A stretch of DNA of 64,000 bases, from the IMG/VR virus record IMGVR_UViG_3300005529_000033, positions 6,436-70,435 of that record. One strand, 5' to 3'. This stretch comes from a virus. The position numbers and the translations under genes were made by a program. Each line of letters begins with the position of its first letter. Position 1 is the stretch's first letter. Under the pieces are notes generated by a model. The model was not told where the DNA came from, did no database searches, and worked only from the letters and a program-made list of their open reading frames with translations. Shown in pieces: positions 55,508 to 63,366 of the stretch.

Positions 55508-56631
55508 CCGCCGACGCGCTGCGGCTGCTGTCCGGCTCAGCAAGATCCGGCTCTTTCATCCTGGCCTCCCAGATCGTCATGCCCCGCCGGTACACCTCCG
55601 GCTCGCTCACCCTGGACGTCGTGCTCGGCGGCGGCTGGCCCGGCAACCAGTGGTCCGAGGTCATCGGCCCGGAATCCTCCGGCAAGACCTCCACCGTCCT
55701 GAAGACCGTCGCCGCCAACCAGCGCGCCGACCCCGGCTTCGCCACCTTCTGGGTCGGCGCCGAGGCCTTCGAGCCGGAATGGGCCGCCCGGCTCGGCGTC
55801 GACCTCGGACGCGTCGTCGTCACCACCGAGCGGTCCATGGAAACCGTCCTGGACATGGTGCTCGTCGCCGCCCGCGAGCGTATTTTCGACATGATCGTCG
55901 TCGACTCCTATCCTGCCCTCATCCCCGCCGACGAGATGGAAGAGGAAAGCATCGGCGACGCCCACGTCGCCTCCGGCGCCCGCATCTTCAACAAGTTCTG
56001 GCGGCGCGCCGGCGAGGCGGGGGGCCGCGCGTTCGACGGCACCGAACGGCCGTTCTTCGGCATCTTCATGAACCAGTGGCGCGATAAAGTCGGCGTCTGG
56101 TCCCCGCAGGGCACGCCCAGGACCACGCTCGGGGGACACGGGAAAGACTACGCGTTCTACGTCCGCCTCGACGTCGCCCGCACCGGGTGGGTCACCGAGA
56201 GCTGGGCCGGCCACGACAAGCCCGTCAAAGTCGCCCAGCAGATCTCCTACAAGACGATCAAGAACAAGTCCGCGTCCCCGCAGGCCTCCGGCACCGTCGA
56301 CTTCTACGTCCGCGACGCCCGCAACGGCATCCGCCAGGGCGACTACGACACCGCCGCCGACTACGCCGAGATGGCCGTCTTATTCGGCGTCGCCGTCAAA
56401 TCCGGCGGCTGGTACGCATTCGGCGGCCAGAAATGGCAGGGCAAGCCCCGGTTCAAGGACGCCCTGCGCGAGGACAAGGGGCTGCAGGAAGCCGTCGCCG
56501 CCGAAGTCCTCAAGCTCACCGCCGATCCCTCCCGCATACCCGCGAACGCCTACGTCACCGACCCCGACGAGGACGCCATCACCGCCCCCCCGCGGCACGT
56601 CCGCAGGCAGGCGCAGAACTCCCGCCCCTGA
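55504..56631 (+). CDS. recA: RecA/UvsX-like recombinase
   Basis: SGSL.LD..LGGG.P, GPESSGKT, IVVDS, NQ.R.K.G, T.GG, K..KNK, G.WY. Confidence 0.93.
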   Translation: MTADALRLLSGSARSGSFILASQIVMPRRYTSGSLTLDVVLGGGWPGNQWSEVIGPESSGKTSTVLKTVAANQRADPGFATFWVGAEAFEPEWAARLGVDLGRVVVTTERSMETVLDMVLVAARERIFDMIVVDSYPALIPADEMEEESIGDAHVASGARIFNKFWRRAGEAGGRAFDGTERPFFGIFMNQWRDKVGVWSPQGTPRTTLGGHGKDYAFYVRLDVARTGWVTESWAGHDKPVKVAQQISYKTIKNKSASPQASGTVDFYVRDARNGIRQGDYDTAADYAEMAVLFGVAVKSGGWYAFGGQKWQGKPRFKDALREDKGLQEAVAAEVLKLTADPSRIPANAYVTDPDEDAITAPPRHVRRQAQNSRP

Positions 56632-56645
56632 AAAGGAAAAACATC

Positions 56646-56924
56646 ATGGGATATTACATCCAGGCACCATCTGCCCACGGCAAGGCGGAATACCTGGCAG
56701 CCGAGCACGCCGCGGACATACTCGGCGTACCGCCTGCCTCCTACGCGGCAATCCCGGAGGACAAGGCACTCATCGCGGTCGTGGACAACGGCCTGTTCGA
56801 AGCCGCCGCCTACGTGCACAGCGAACCTGAATTCACGGCATTCAGCAGGTTAGATGACCCGCGCCCGCGCACCTGGCTGCTGATGGACAAGACCACCGCC
56901 CAGCGCCTCAGCAACTACCCGTGA
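56646..56924 (+). CDS. hypothetical phage protein
   Basis: AAGGA RBS; MGYYI, VVDNG.FEAA, DD.RP..W. Confidence 0.65.
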   Translation: MGYYIQAPSAHGKAEYLAAEHAADILGVPPASYAAIPEDKALIAVVDNGLFEAAAYVHSEPEFTAFSRLDDPRPRTWLLMDKTTAQRLSNYP

Positions 56925-56949
56925 CACCCGCCGCGAACCGGAGAAACCC

Positions 56950-57567
56950 ATGAGCCTCATCATCTCCCTGACCACCCTCGACAACGTGATCATGGGCGCG
57001 GACAGCGGCACCTACGACCTCGACAGCGGCATCAGGGAACCCTCCGGCGCCCCGAAGATTTTCCGCCAGTCCGTCACCCGGGAAGAAGAGGGCGCATCCC
57101 TGCACTTCCTGGTCGGCTGCACCGGATCCACCCGGCAGCGGGAAGTCCTCCAGCACGCGTTCAGGCCGCCGAACCCGTACACCCGGGAGAACTTCGATCT
57201 CACGAGATACATGGTGGTGCACTACGCCGGCGACGTGCGCAGCTACCTCGACGACCACAACGCGCTGGGAGATGAGCACCCCCTTGAAGGGTCCGCGATC
57301 ATCGCCGTCTACGGCACCGGCAAGTGGAACAGCGCCCCCCGCGTCTATGAACTGCAATCCGACCTGGGCCTGAGCCAGCCGGACAGCGACTGGAACGCCA
57401 CCGGGGCCGGCTACCAGGTCGCGCTCGGCGCCGTGACGGCCCTGGACCTGCACGGCTGGACCAAGAGCGACCCCGAGGGCACCATCCGTGCCGTCCTGGG
57501 CATCGCCGGGCGGTACTCCCTGTTCTGCCACGAGCCGTACCACACCGCCCGGCTCATCGAGGACTAG
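56950..57567 (+). CDS. Ntn-hydrolase (HslV/proteasome beta-like) protein
   Basis: M-S-LI.....MGADS, KIF, G.TGS.R, A.G.G...ALGA. Confidence 0.7.
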   Translation: MSLIISLTTLDNVIMGADSGTYDLDSGIREPSGAPKIFRQSVTREEEGASLHFLVGCTGSTRQREVLQHAFRPPNPYTRENFDLTRYMVVHYAGDVRSYLDDHNALGDEHPLEGSAIIAVYGTGKWNSAPRVYELQSDLGLSQPDSDWNATGAGYQVALGAVTALDLHGWTKSDPEGTIRAVLGIAGRYSLFCHEPYHTARLIED

Positions 57568-57570
57568 CCC

Positions 57571-57963
57571 GTGACCACCAGATCCCAGCGGCAGGAACGC
57601 CGCGGCGCCCGCGACATGAACCTCCGCACCACCGCGGCGAGCGGCTCCGGGACCGTCAAGAACGACGCCCGCGCCGACCGCGACGGCCGTGCCTACCCCG
57701 AGTCCGCCGAGTTCAAGACAACCGGCTCCATCTACTACCGGCTGCACCTTGACGATCTCGTCAAGGCCGCCCGCCAGGCCGCCGCCGACCAGCGCATGAT
57801 GCTGTTCGGCGTCGAATACCAGAACGCCCGCGGCGGCCAGCCCTGGAAATACGTCATCCTGGAAGAAAGCGACTACCTTGAGCTGATCGGCCGCGTCCGC
57901 GAGCTCGAACGACAGTATCAGGAGCTGTACGACCATCATGCAGTCATAAAGGACCTGGGCTGA
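57571..57963 (+). CDS. Holliday junction resolvase-like PD-(D/E)xK nuclease
   Basis: SQ.QE.R.A...SGSG..KND....E.K.T. Confidence 0.7.
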   Translation: MTTRSQRQERRGARDMNLRTTAASGSGTVKNDARADRDGRAYPESAEFKTTGSIYYRLHLDDLVKAARQAAADQRMMLFGVEYQNARGGQPWKYVILEESDYLELIGRVRELERQYQELYDHHAVIKDLG

Positions 57964-58373
57964 TGGTGATCCGGGCACGCATGCCCATCCCGGACGCCTG
58001 GCACGGCGCCCGCTGCAGGCAGCTGGAAATCACGCAGGAAAACGACCCGGTATACGACCGGGAACAGCAGGACGACATGATCGAATTCTGCAACTTACCG
58101 GAGCCGTGCCCTATCCGGAACGCCTGCTTGATGTACGCGCTGGTCAACAACTGCACCGACGGGGTATGGGGCGGGATGAGCCCGAAAGACCGCTGGTCCC
58201 TGCGCCGCAGGTACCCCCTCGGACTCGGCGTCCGGAACAGCCGCGGGACCCTGGAATACCACCCGCGGCCCGAATGGGAATGGCTTCCGCCCGGCGAGGC
58301 AAGCGCCATGCTGACCCGTACCGACGAGATCGTCTACCTGCTCGAGGAACAATACAATGCCGACGGAGAATAA
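57963..58373 (+). CDS. whiB: WhiB-family transcription factor
   Basis: W..A.C ... FC....CPIR..CL.YAL...GVWGG...R. Confidence 0.88.
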   Translation: MVIRARMPIPDAWHGARCRQLEITQENDPVYDREQQDDMIEFCNLPEPCPIRNACLMYALVNNCTDGVWGGMSPKDRWSLRRRYPLGLGVRNSRGTLEYHPRPEWEWLPPGEASAMLTRTDEIVYLLEEQYNADGE

Positions 58374-59643
58374 GCCCAGGCTCGGCGGCCGGGCCGCCGA
58401 GCTGGCACGCATCCGGAGCGAGAAAGGCACTCTCCTGCCCGTGCTCAAGGAGCAGATGCTCCTTGACATGGATACCGTCCCGGACGGCCGCAGGATGGAC
58501 CTCATCCATGCCAGCGAGCTCAGCCACCCCGGTTTATGCCATCGCGCTGTCAGCTACCGGATCCTGCGGAACGAGAAACCAGCCGAGCCGTTCGCGTTCA
58601 CCAGGGAGAACGTCTTCGCCGAAGGCAACGAGATTCACCGCAAATGGCAGCACCGCATGCGCCGCACCGGGAAGCTGTGGGGACAGTGGCGCTGCCGCAT
58701 CTGCAACGCCACCGAGCTCGGAACCGAACCCGCGCCGGGTGGCTGCAAGCTCGGATGCTGCGCCCGGCCTGGCGGCTGCACCGGCCATCTCTGGAAATAC
58801 GATGAGGTCCCGCTATGCCTGCCGGACCTGATGCTCACCGGCCACGCTGACGGCGCCATCACCGAACCCGGCTGCGTCGTCGAACTCAAGAGCGTCGGGC
58901 TGGGCACCCTGCGGTACGAGAACCCCCGGCTGCTGGCCGAGCACACCTACCGCCGCAACGGCACCGACGTCATCGACCTGGACGGCATCTGGGACGGCAT
59001 CCGCCGCCCCTTCATGACGCACGTCCGGCAGGGAAACCTGTACGCCTGGCTGTGCGCCCAGCTCGGCTACACAGCCTTCAGCCAGGCCATCGTGTTCATC
59101 TACGAGTTCAAGCCCAACCAGCAGGTCCGCGAGTTCACCGTCAAGCCCAGCGCCAGCATCGCCGCCGAGATGCTCGGCAAAGCCGGCCAGATCGCAGCCG
59201 CCGTCCGCCGCGGCGAGCTGGCCGACTGCCCGTCCGGCGGCTGCAAGCACTGCGAGGACATCGATGCGCACAGTATCCCGCAGACCCGCGATCCAGGCCG
59301 GCCCGGCCAGCACCCGGGCCCTGGACAGGCTCCGCGAACAGGACATCGACGTCCTGGGCGGCTGGATCCGCCAGCCCCGCCAGGACCCCCCGGAGATACC
59401 GAGGGACCTGCCGGGCCTGCCGGACCTCGAGCTGATGGACCTGTTCCGGGAGGTGAACCAGTGGCGCAAGTACCTGCGGGTCCAGCTGGTCGCCGCGGAG
59501 ATCGACGAGTCGTCCGCCGCGGCGAAAGCACGCGACGCCGAGGCGGTAGCACTGGCCAGGAGCGGCGCGAGGACAGTAACGGCGATGAAAGCCGCCGCGA
59601 AGCAGGACGCCGGGTATGCCGGGGCGCAGGCCCTGCAGGCTGA
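58357..59643 (+). CDS. Cas4-like PD-(D/E)xK exonuclease with low-complexity C-terminal extension
   Basis: H.SE....C.R, F.EG..IH..WQ, GHADG, ELKS, H.RQ..LY, C...C..C. Confidence 0.8.
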   Translation: MPTENKPRLGGRAAELARIRSEKGTLLPVLKEQMLLDMDTVPDGRRMDLIHASELSHPGLCHRAVSYRILRNEKPAEPFAFTRENVFAEGNEIHRKWQHRMRRTGKLWGQWRCRICNATELGTEPAPGGCKLGCCARPGGCTGHLWKYDEVPLCLPDLMLTGHADGAITEPGCVVELKSVGLGTLRYENPRLLAEHTYRRNGTDVIDLDGIWDGIRRPFMTHVRQGNLYAWLCAQLGYTAFSQAIVFIYEFKPNQQVREFTVKPSASIAAEMLGKAGQIAAAVRRGELADCPSGGCKHCEDIDAHSIPQTRDPGRPGQHPGPGQAPRTGHRRPGRLDPPAPPGPPGDTEGPAGPAGPRADGPVPGGEPVAQVPAGPAGRRGDRRVVRRGESTRRRGGSTGQERREDSNGDESRREAGRRVCRGAGPAG

Positions 59644-59779
59644 TGCCTACTCCTACCGTAAGCTTGTGGGTGCGCTCGCCGAGAACCTCGAAGGCGACGC
59701 CTTCCTGATCTCCCGCGAGCTGACCCGCCGCACAGGTGAGGCTCCCGCCGACCGGAGGAACGCACGCCGATGGCAGTAA
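59264..59779 (+). CDS. UvsY-like coiled-coil recombination mediator (putative)
   Basis: GAGGA RBS; P.DL..L....LM.LF....W..Y; SRELTRR C-terminal motif. Confidence 0.7.
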   Translation: MRTVSRRPAIQAGPASTRALDRLREQDIDVLGGWIRQPRQDPPEIPRDLPGLPDLELMDLFREVNQWRKYLRVQLVAAEIDESSAAAKARDAEAVALARSGARTVTAMKAAAKQDAGYAGAQALQADAYSYRKLVGALAENLEGDAFLISRELTRRTGEAPADRRNARRWQ

Positions 59780-59961
59780 CCCCGGAGTTAACCAGCCGCG
59801 AATGGGAACAGCTCGAGGACGCCGTGATGGTCTTCATGGACGCCATCACCGGGAACTTCCCCGGGGCTGACCTGACCCGCTTGCAGGTCCTCCTGGCCAA
59901 GATCAACCAGTTCACCGGCAGCTACCTGCCCAGCGGGGCCCTCAGCCATGATCTGCCCTGA
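59770..59961 (+). CDS. small hypothetical protein
   Basis: GGAGG upstream. Confidence 0.45.
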   Translation: MAVTPELTSREWEQLEDAVMVFMDAITGNFPGADLTRLQVLLAKINQFTGSYLPSGALSHDLP

Positions 59962-60127
59962 ATGCCGCGACGGCCTGCACGCCACCTGCGCCAACCTGGT
60001 CACGGCCGCGCGCACCAGCTCTTTCATCGACAAGCACGGCAGCTGGTGCGACTGCCAGCACCAGCCCGGCACCAGCCTGGGAGTGACAGGTGAAACTAGT
60101 CCAGCGCCAGTACACGTACCCGCCTGA
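59948..60127 (+). CDS. small Cys-rich protein (not in track)
   Basis: MICPEC...H..C ... WCDCQH motif. Confidence 0.55.
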   Translation: MICPECRDGLHATCANLVTAARTSSFIDKHGSWCDCQHQPGTSLGVTGETSPAPVHVPA

Positions 60128-60202
60128 CAGCCAGCAGTTACGATCCATCCGGTATATCAGCTGGATGATCAGCGAACGCGAGAAGATAGCCCGGAGAAGC
60201 CG

Positions 60203-60643
60203 ATGCCCGGACGATGGGAAGGCAGGCCCTGCGCCCAGTGCGGCAGGACCAAGACACCCAAGCGCAGGTCAGAGAAGCACTGCGCCACCTGCCACCGGGC
60301 CATCAGCAAAGCCGCCGCCCGCCGCGCCCATGACCGGTACCTGCGCCGCACCTACGGCATCACCGTCACCGAGTACGAGCAGATCCTCCACCTCCAGGAC
60401 GGCACCTGCTACATCTGCCGCCGCGCCACCGGGAAAACCCGCCGCTTATCCGTCGACCACGACCACAAGAAGGGAAACGGCCGCCACTCCATCCGCGGAC
60501 TGCTCTGCCGTCCCTGCAACAACTTCCTCGGCCACTTCCGCGACAACCCGGAGATATTCGCCCGCGCCATCGACTATCTCGCCTCCCCCCCGGCCCACCG
60601 GGTAATCCCCCGGGAACGGGCTACCATGGAATCACCCGCCTGA
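60203..60643 (+). CDS. endonuclease VII-like protein
   Basis: YGIT..Y......Q.G.CYIC....L.VDHDH....RGLLC..CN..LG. Confidence 0.9.
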   Translation: MPGRWEGRPCAQCGRTKTPKRRSEKHCATCHRAISKAAARRAHDRYLRRTYGITVTEYEQILHLQDGTCYICRRATGKTRRLSVDHDHKKGNGRHSIRGLLCRPCNNFLGHFRDNPEIFARAIDYLASPPAHRVIPRERATMESPA

Positions 60644-60657
60644 GACCTGGAGCCCGC

Positions 60658-61017
60658 ATGGCCGACGTGCCGATACGCGTACGGTCCGCCACCCCGGTAG
60701 CCCAGCTCGCCAGCGCCATAGCCAACCGCATCTACGAAGACCGGACAGTGGTCCTGCAGGCCATCGGCGCCGGAGCCGTCTCCCAGGCCGTCAAGGCCAT
60801 CGCCATCGCCGGCCGGTTCACCGCCGCTTCCGCCTCCGTCTCCTTATCGGCCAAGCCCGCCATCGAGGACATCCCCGGCAGCGACGGCCCCGTCACCCGC
60901 GTCTTGATCAGGGTCTTCCCCGACACGCCGGCTAAACTGGGACCATGGAGTCCAGGAACGACGCCTTCAACGCCGGGGCAGTCTCAGGAAGCCTGCCTCT
61001 CGCCCAGGCCCGCATGA
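60658..61017 (+). CDS. spoVS: SpoVS-family (Alba-like) protein
   Basis: V...T....LASAIA......V.LQAIGAGAVSQAVKAIAIA. Confidence 0.85.
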   Translation: MADVPIRVRSATPVAQLASAIANRIYEDRTVVLQAIGAGAVSQAVKAIAIAGRFTAASASVSLSAKPAIEDIPGSDGPVTRVLIRVFPDTPAKLGPWSPGTTPSTPGQSQEACLSPRPA

Positions 61018-61127
61018 TCAGCCAGGTCTCGGCAGGCGGCCTGTACCCCGGGCAGAACGGCATGGCGGAACAGGACTACAACGCACGGTACCCGGCCATC
61101 GGGCAGGCCCTGAAAGCAGGCTACTAG
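60945..61127 (+). CDS. small hypothetical protein
   Basis: TAAACT, 6 nt, ATG. Confidence 0.55.
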   Translation: MESRNDAFNAGAVSGSLPLAQARMISQVSAGGLYPGQNGMAEQDYNARYPAIGQALKAGY

Positions 61128-61128
61128 C

Positions 61129-61443
61129 ATGAGCGACGGATTACCGGTCAGCGCCGACTTCCCCGCCATGGGCCAGGGCTGGCCCGCCCACGTCTGCAAC
61201 GTCTCCGGCAAATCTACCATGCATCAGGCCCCCAAGCCCGGCTGGGGCAAGTCCGGCGCCCCCGACGGCGGCACCAGCCACCGCGGCCAGGTCCTCAACC
61301 GCAACGGCAACGGCCCCAGGCCCGTCCCCGCCCGCCGCATGTGGGCCGGCAACGCCGCCGAGGCCGCCGCCACCACCCGCAGCATCCGTGTCATCACCAA
61401 GGGAAACCAGTTCGCCGGAGGCCGCGGAGATGGCAACGGTTAA
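61129..61443 (+). CDS. hypothetical protein
   Basis: Tightly packed ORF in operon. Confidence 0.55.
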   Translation: MSDGLPVSADFPAMGQGWPAHVCNVSGKSTMHQAPKPGWGKSGAPDGGTSHRGQVLNRNGNGPRPVPARRMWAGNAAEAAATTRSIRVITKGNQFAGGRGDGNG

Positions 61444-61672
61444 GACCATGAGCGCCGGGAGCGGCGCCCCCGCCCGCTCCACCTCAGGCAACGCCGCCCA
61501 CCGCCGCGGCAAGCGCAATGTCCCGCACCGCCGTCTCCACCTCGAGCCCGGCCACTCCGCCCTGCGGGAGAAGATCGGCGAGAACACCGGGCGCAAAACC
61601 CAGCGCGCCGTCAACGACACACAGTACCAGCGCAGCCGCGTCGGTAATTTCCGGGCCGGAACCGGAGGCTAG
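61430..61672 (+). CDS. small basic protein
   Basis: ORF in operon. Confidence 0.5.
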   Translation: MATVKTMSAGSGAPARSTSGNAAHRRGKRNVPHRRLHLEPGHSALREKIGENTGRKTQRAVNDTQYQRSRVGNFRAGTGG

Positions 61673-61674
61673 CC

Positions 61675-61875
61675 ATGTGCGAGAACTGCACCACCGCCGC
61701 CCAGCATTTCACCGCCGGCACCGCCACCGCCGGACGGCCGCTGCAGACCTCCGTCGAGAACGGCACCAGCCCCGACTGGCACGCCGTCGCCGGCCCCCCG
61801 AAGACCAACGGCGAACGCCCCGCCGACCAGTTCTTCAGCGCCTTCGGCAACGACGAGAACTACCCGGGAACCTGA
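61675..61875 (+). CDS. small hypothetical protein
   Basis: GGAGG RBS. Confidence 0.55.
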   Translation: MCENCTTAAQHFTAGTATAGRPLQTSVENGTSPDWHAVAGPPKTNGERPADQFFSAFGNDENYPGT

Positions 61876-61876
61876 C

Positions 61877-62416
61877 ATGCCCGGCGGGAACAACTCCTAC
61901 TGGTGGGCAAACCGTGCCGGATGGCGGCCCACCGCTCAGGGCGGCCCCGAAGGAGCAGGCGGCGGCTACGGCAGCCAGTACGCCACCGTCCCCGGGCAGT
62001 ACCGCGACCCCCTGGACGCCGCCCGCTCCGGCGCCTTCGGCTCCGGCCGCACCGGCCAGGCCAGCTACCCCGACGGCTACCTGCAGCCCTCAGACTCACG
62101 CCGCCGCGACGCACCCGCCTCCGTCTACGGACGCCTCACCGACCGCTCCTACCAGCGCGGCGTCAACGCCGGCGTCAAGATGGACATGGCCCACTACTTC
62201 TGGCCCCTCGAGCAGGACCCCGCCCGCGGCCTGCAAGCCGAAGCCGCCGCCGCCTACGACGGCCACGCCTTCACCGTCCGCCGCGCCGCCCCCTACGGCG
62301 AGCCCGCCGCCCGCCTCGCCCACGGGCCCTCCATGGACCAGGTAGCCGAAGACGTGCAGGCCAGCCCGCAGAAGGTCGCCGCTTCCGGCAGCTGGATGCC
62401 CACCGCGCTTTGGTAA
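61877..62416 (+). CDS. hypothetical phage protein
   Basis: YPDGYL....RR.D, RSYQRGV..G..Y.WP motif. Confidence 0.7.
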   Translation: MPGGNNSYWWANRAGWRPTAQGGPEGAGGGYGSQYATVPGQYRDPLDAARSGAFGSGRTGQASYPDGYLQPSDSRRRDAPASVYGRLTDRSYQRGVNAGVKMDMAHYFWPLEQDPARGLQAEAAAAYDGHAFTVRRAAPYGEPAARLAHGPSMDQVAEDVQASPQKVAASGSWMPTALW

Positions 62417-62425
62417 GCTTGCGCC

Positions 62426-62644
62426 GTGGACACCGGGCACCGGTCGGCAAGCGGGGGCATCGTCTGCTGCATCGACGGCGAATGCAGGATCCCTGATGCT
62501 GCCTGGCATGGCACGCCGGGCGGTTACACCAATCATGACTGCCGGTGCAGCGACTGCACCGGCGAATGGGCTAAGTACCAGCGTGACAACGACTGGCATT
62601 CCAGTTACCTGCGGCGGCTGAAGGCAAAGGGCGGCAATGGCTAA
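62426..62644 (+). CDS. small zinc-binding protein
   Basis: HGT..GY.N..CRC..C motif; TAAGCT, 6 nt, GTG. Confidence 0.65.
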   Translation: MDTGHRSASGGIVCCIDGECRIPDAAWHGTPGGYTNHDCRCSDCTGEWAKYQRDNDWHSSYLRRLKAKGGNG

Positions 62645-62954
62645 CTCAGACGGGTACCCCTGGGAATCAGACGATGACCAGTTAGCCTGGACCCGCGTCT
62701 TCATCCCTGCACGCACCGAGCAGATGCAGATGGACGCGGCCCTGAGATTAGCCGCCGCACCAGCAGACGAGATCCGCCGCCAGGGAATGGGCCCCCTGCC
62801 CATGCCCCCGCGCTACGGCCGCGGCCCCCGCATGCCGGACATACTTACCTGCTGGGAGTCATCGCAGGCAGTGCCGGTACACTCGATCATGGACTACACC
62901 AACGACGAGGCGGCCCTGCAGTCCACCTCACGGCCGTCGCTCGGACAGTGGTAG
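62637..62954 (+). CDS. hypothetical protein
   Basis: Overlapping ORF in operon. Confidence 0.55.
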   Translation: MANSDGYPWESDDDQLAWTRVFIPARTEQMQMDAALRLAAAPADEIRRQGMGPLPMPPRYGRGPRMPDILTCWESSQAVPVHSIMDYTNDEAALQSTSRPSLGQW

Positions 62955-62962
62955 GAGGAACC

Positions 62963-63208
62963 ATGAGGCAACACGCCCCGCTCGCACTCTACTGCTTGCT
63001 GAGCGGGTGCCTCGCCATGGCCGCCGGAGCCCTGTCCAGCATGCTTGCCTCTGAGACAGCATCACGGATCGCCGTCTGGGTATCGGTCACGGCCGTCACC
63101 GCCATCCTGGCAGGTGCCGTCTGGGATCCCGCATCCCGGCTCATCCAGTCCGGTTCCGCCCGGTCGCATGAACGGGCAACCGGTCAGCGGAAGGACCAGT
63201 TATGCTAG
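62963..63208 (+). CDS. two-TM membrane protein
   Basis: AGGAGG RBS; two hydrophobic segments. Confidence 0.5.
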   Translation: MRQHAPLALYCLLSGCLAMAAGALSSMLASETASRIAVWVSVTAVTAILAGAVWDPASRLIQSGSARSHERATGQRKDQLC

Positions 63209-63366
63209 CCATCGCCGCCGCGATCTTATTCGGCATCGGGTTCATCCTCGAGCTGATCCACAAGTCATCCGTGCACTTCGACTGGCTCTTCGCGTTCGGC
63301 GGCCTGTTCTGCCTCGCCGTCGCCTGCGCCGTAGCCGGCCCCGTCATCTTCTGGCGGCGCCAGTGA
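63202..63366 (+). CDS. 54-aa two-TM protein, holin candidate (not in track)
   Basis: AAGGA RBS; two TM segments, basic WRRQ tail; overlaps endolysin start. Confidence 0.55.
   Translation: MLAIAAAILFGIGFILELIHKSSVHFDWLFAFGGLFCLAVACAVAGPVIFWRRQ

Noticed and set aside
60090-60605. 171-aa ORF overlapping endonuclease VII
   Set aside because: Mostly a shadow frame over a well-supported gene; only the short 5' part looks plausible
8060-63050. CAAGCA/TGCTTG as a separate operator motif
   Set aside because: Several intergenic copies are explained as the (T/C)ATGCTTG form of the -10 box on either strand, e.g. upstream of the tRNA and the serine recombinase
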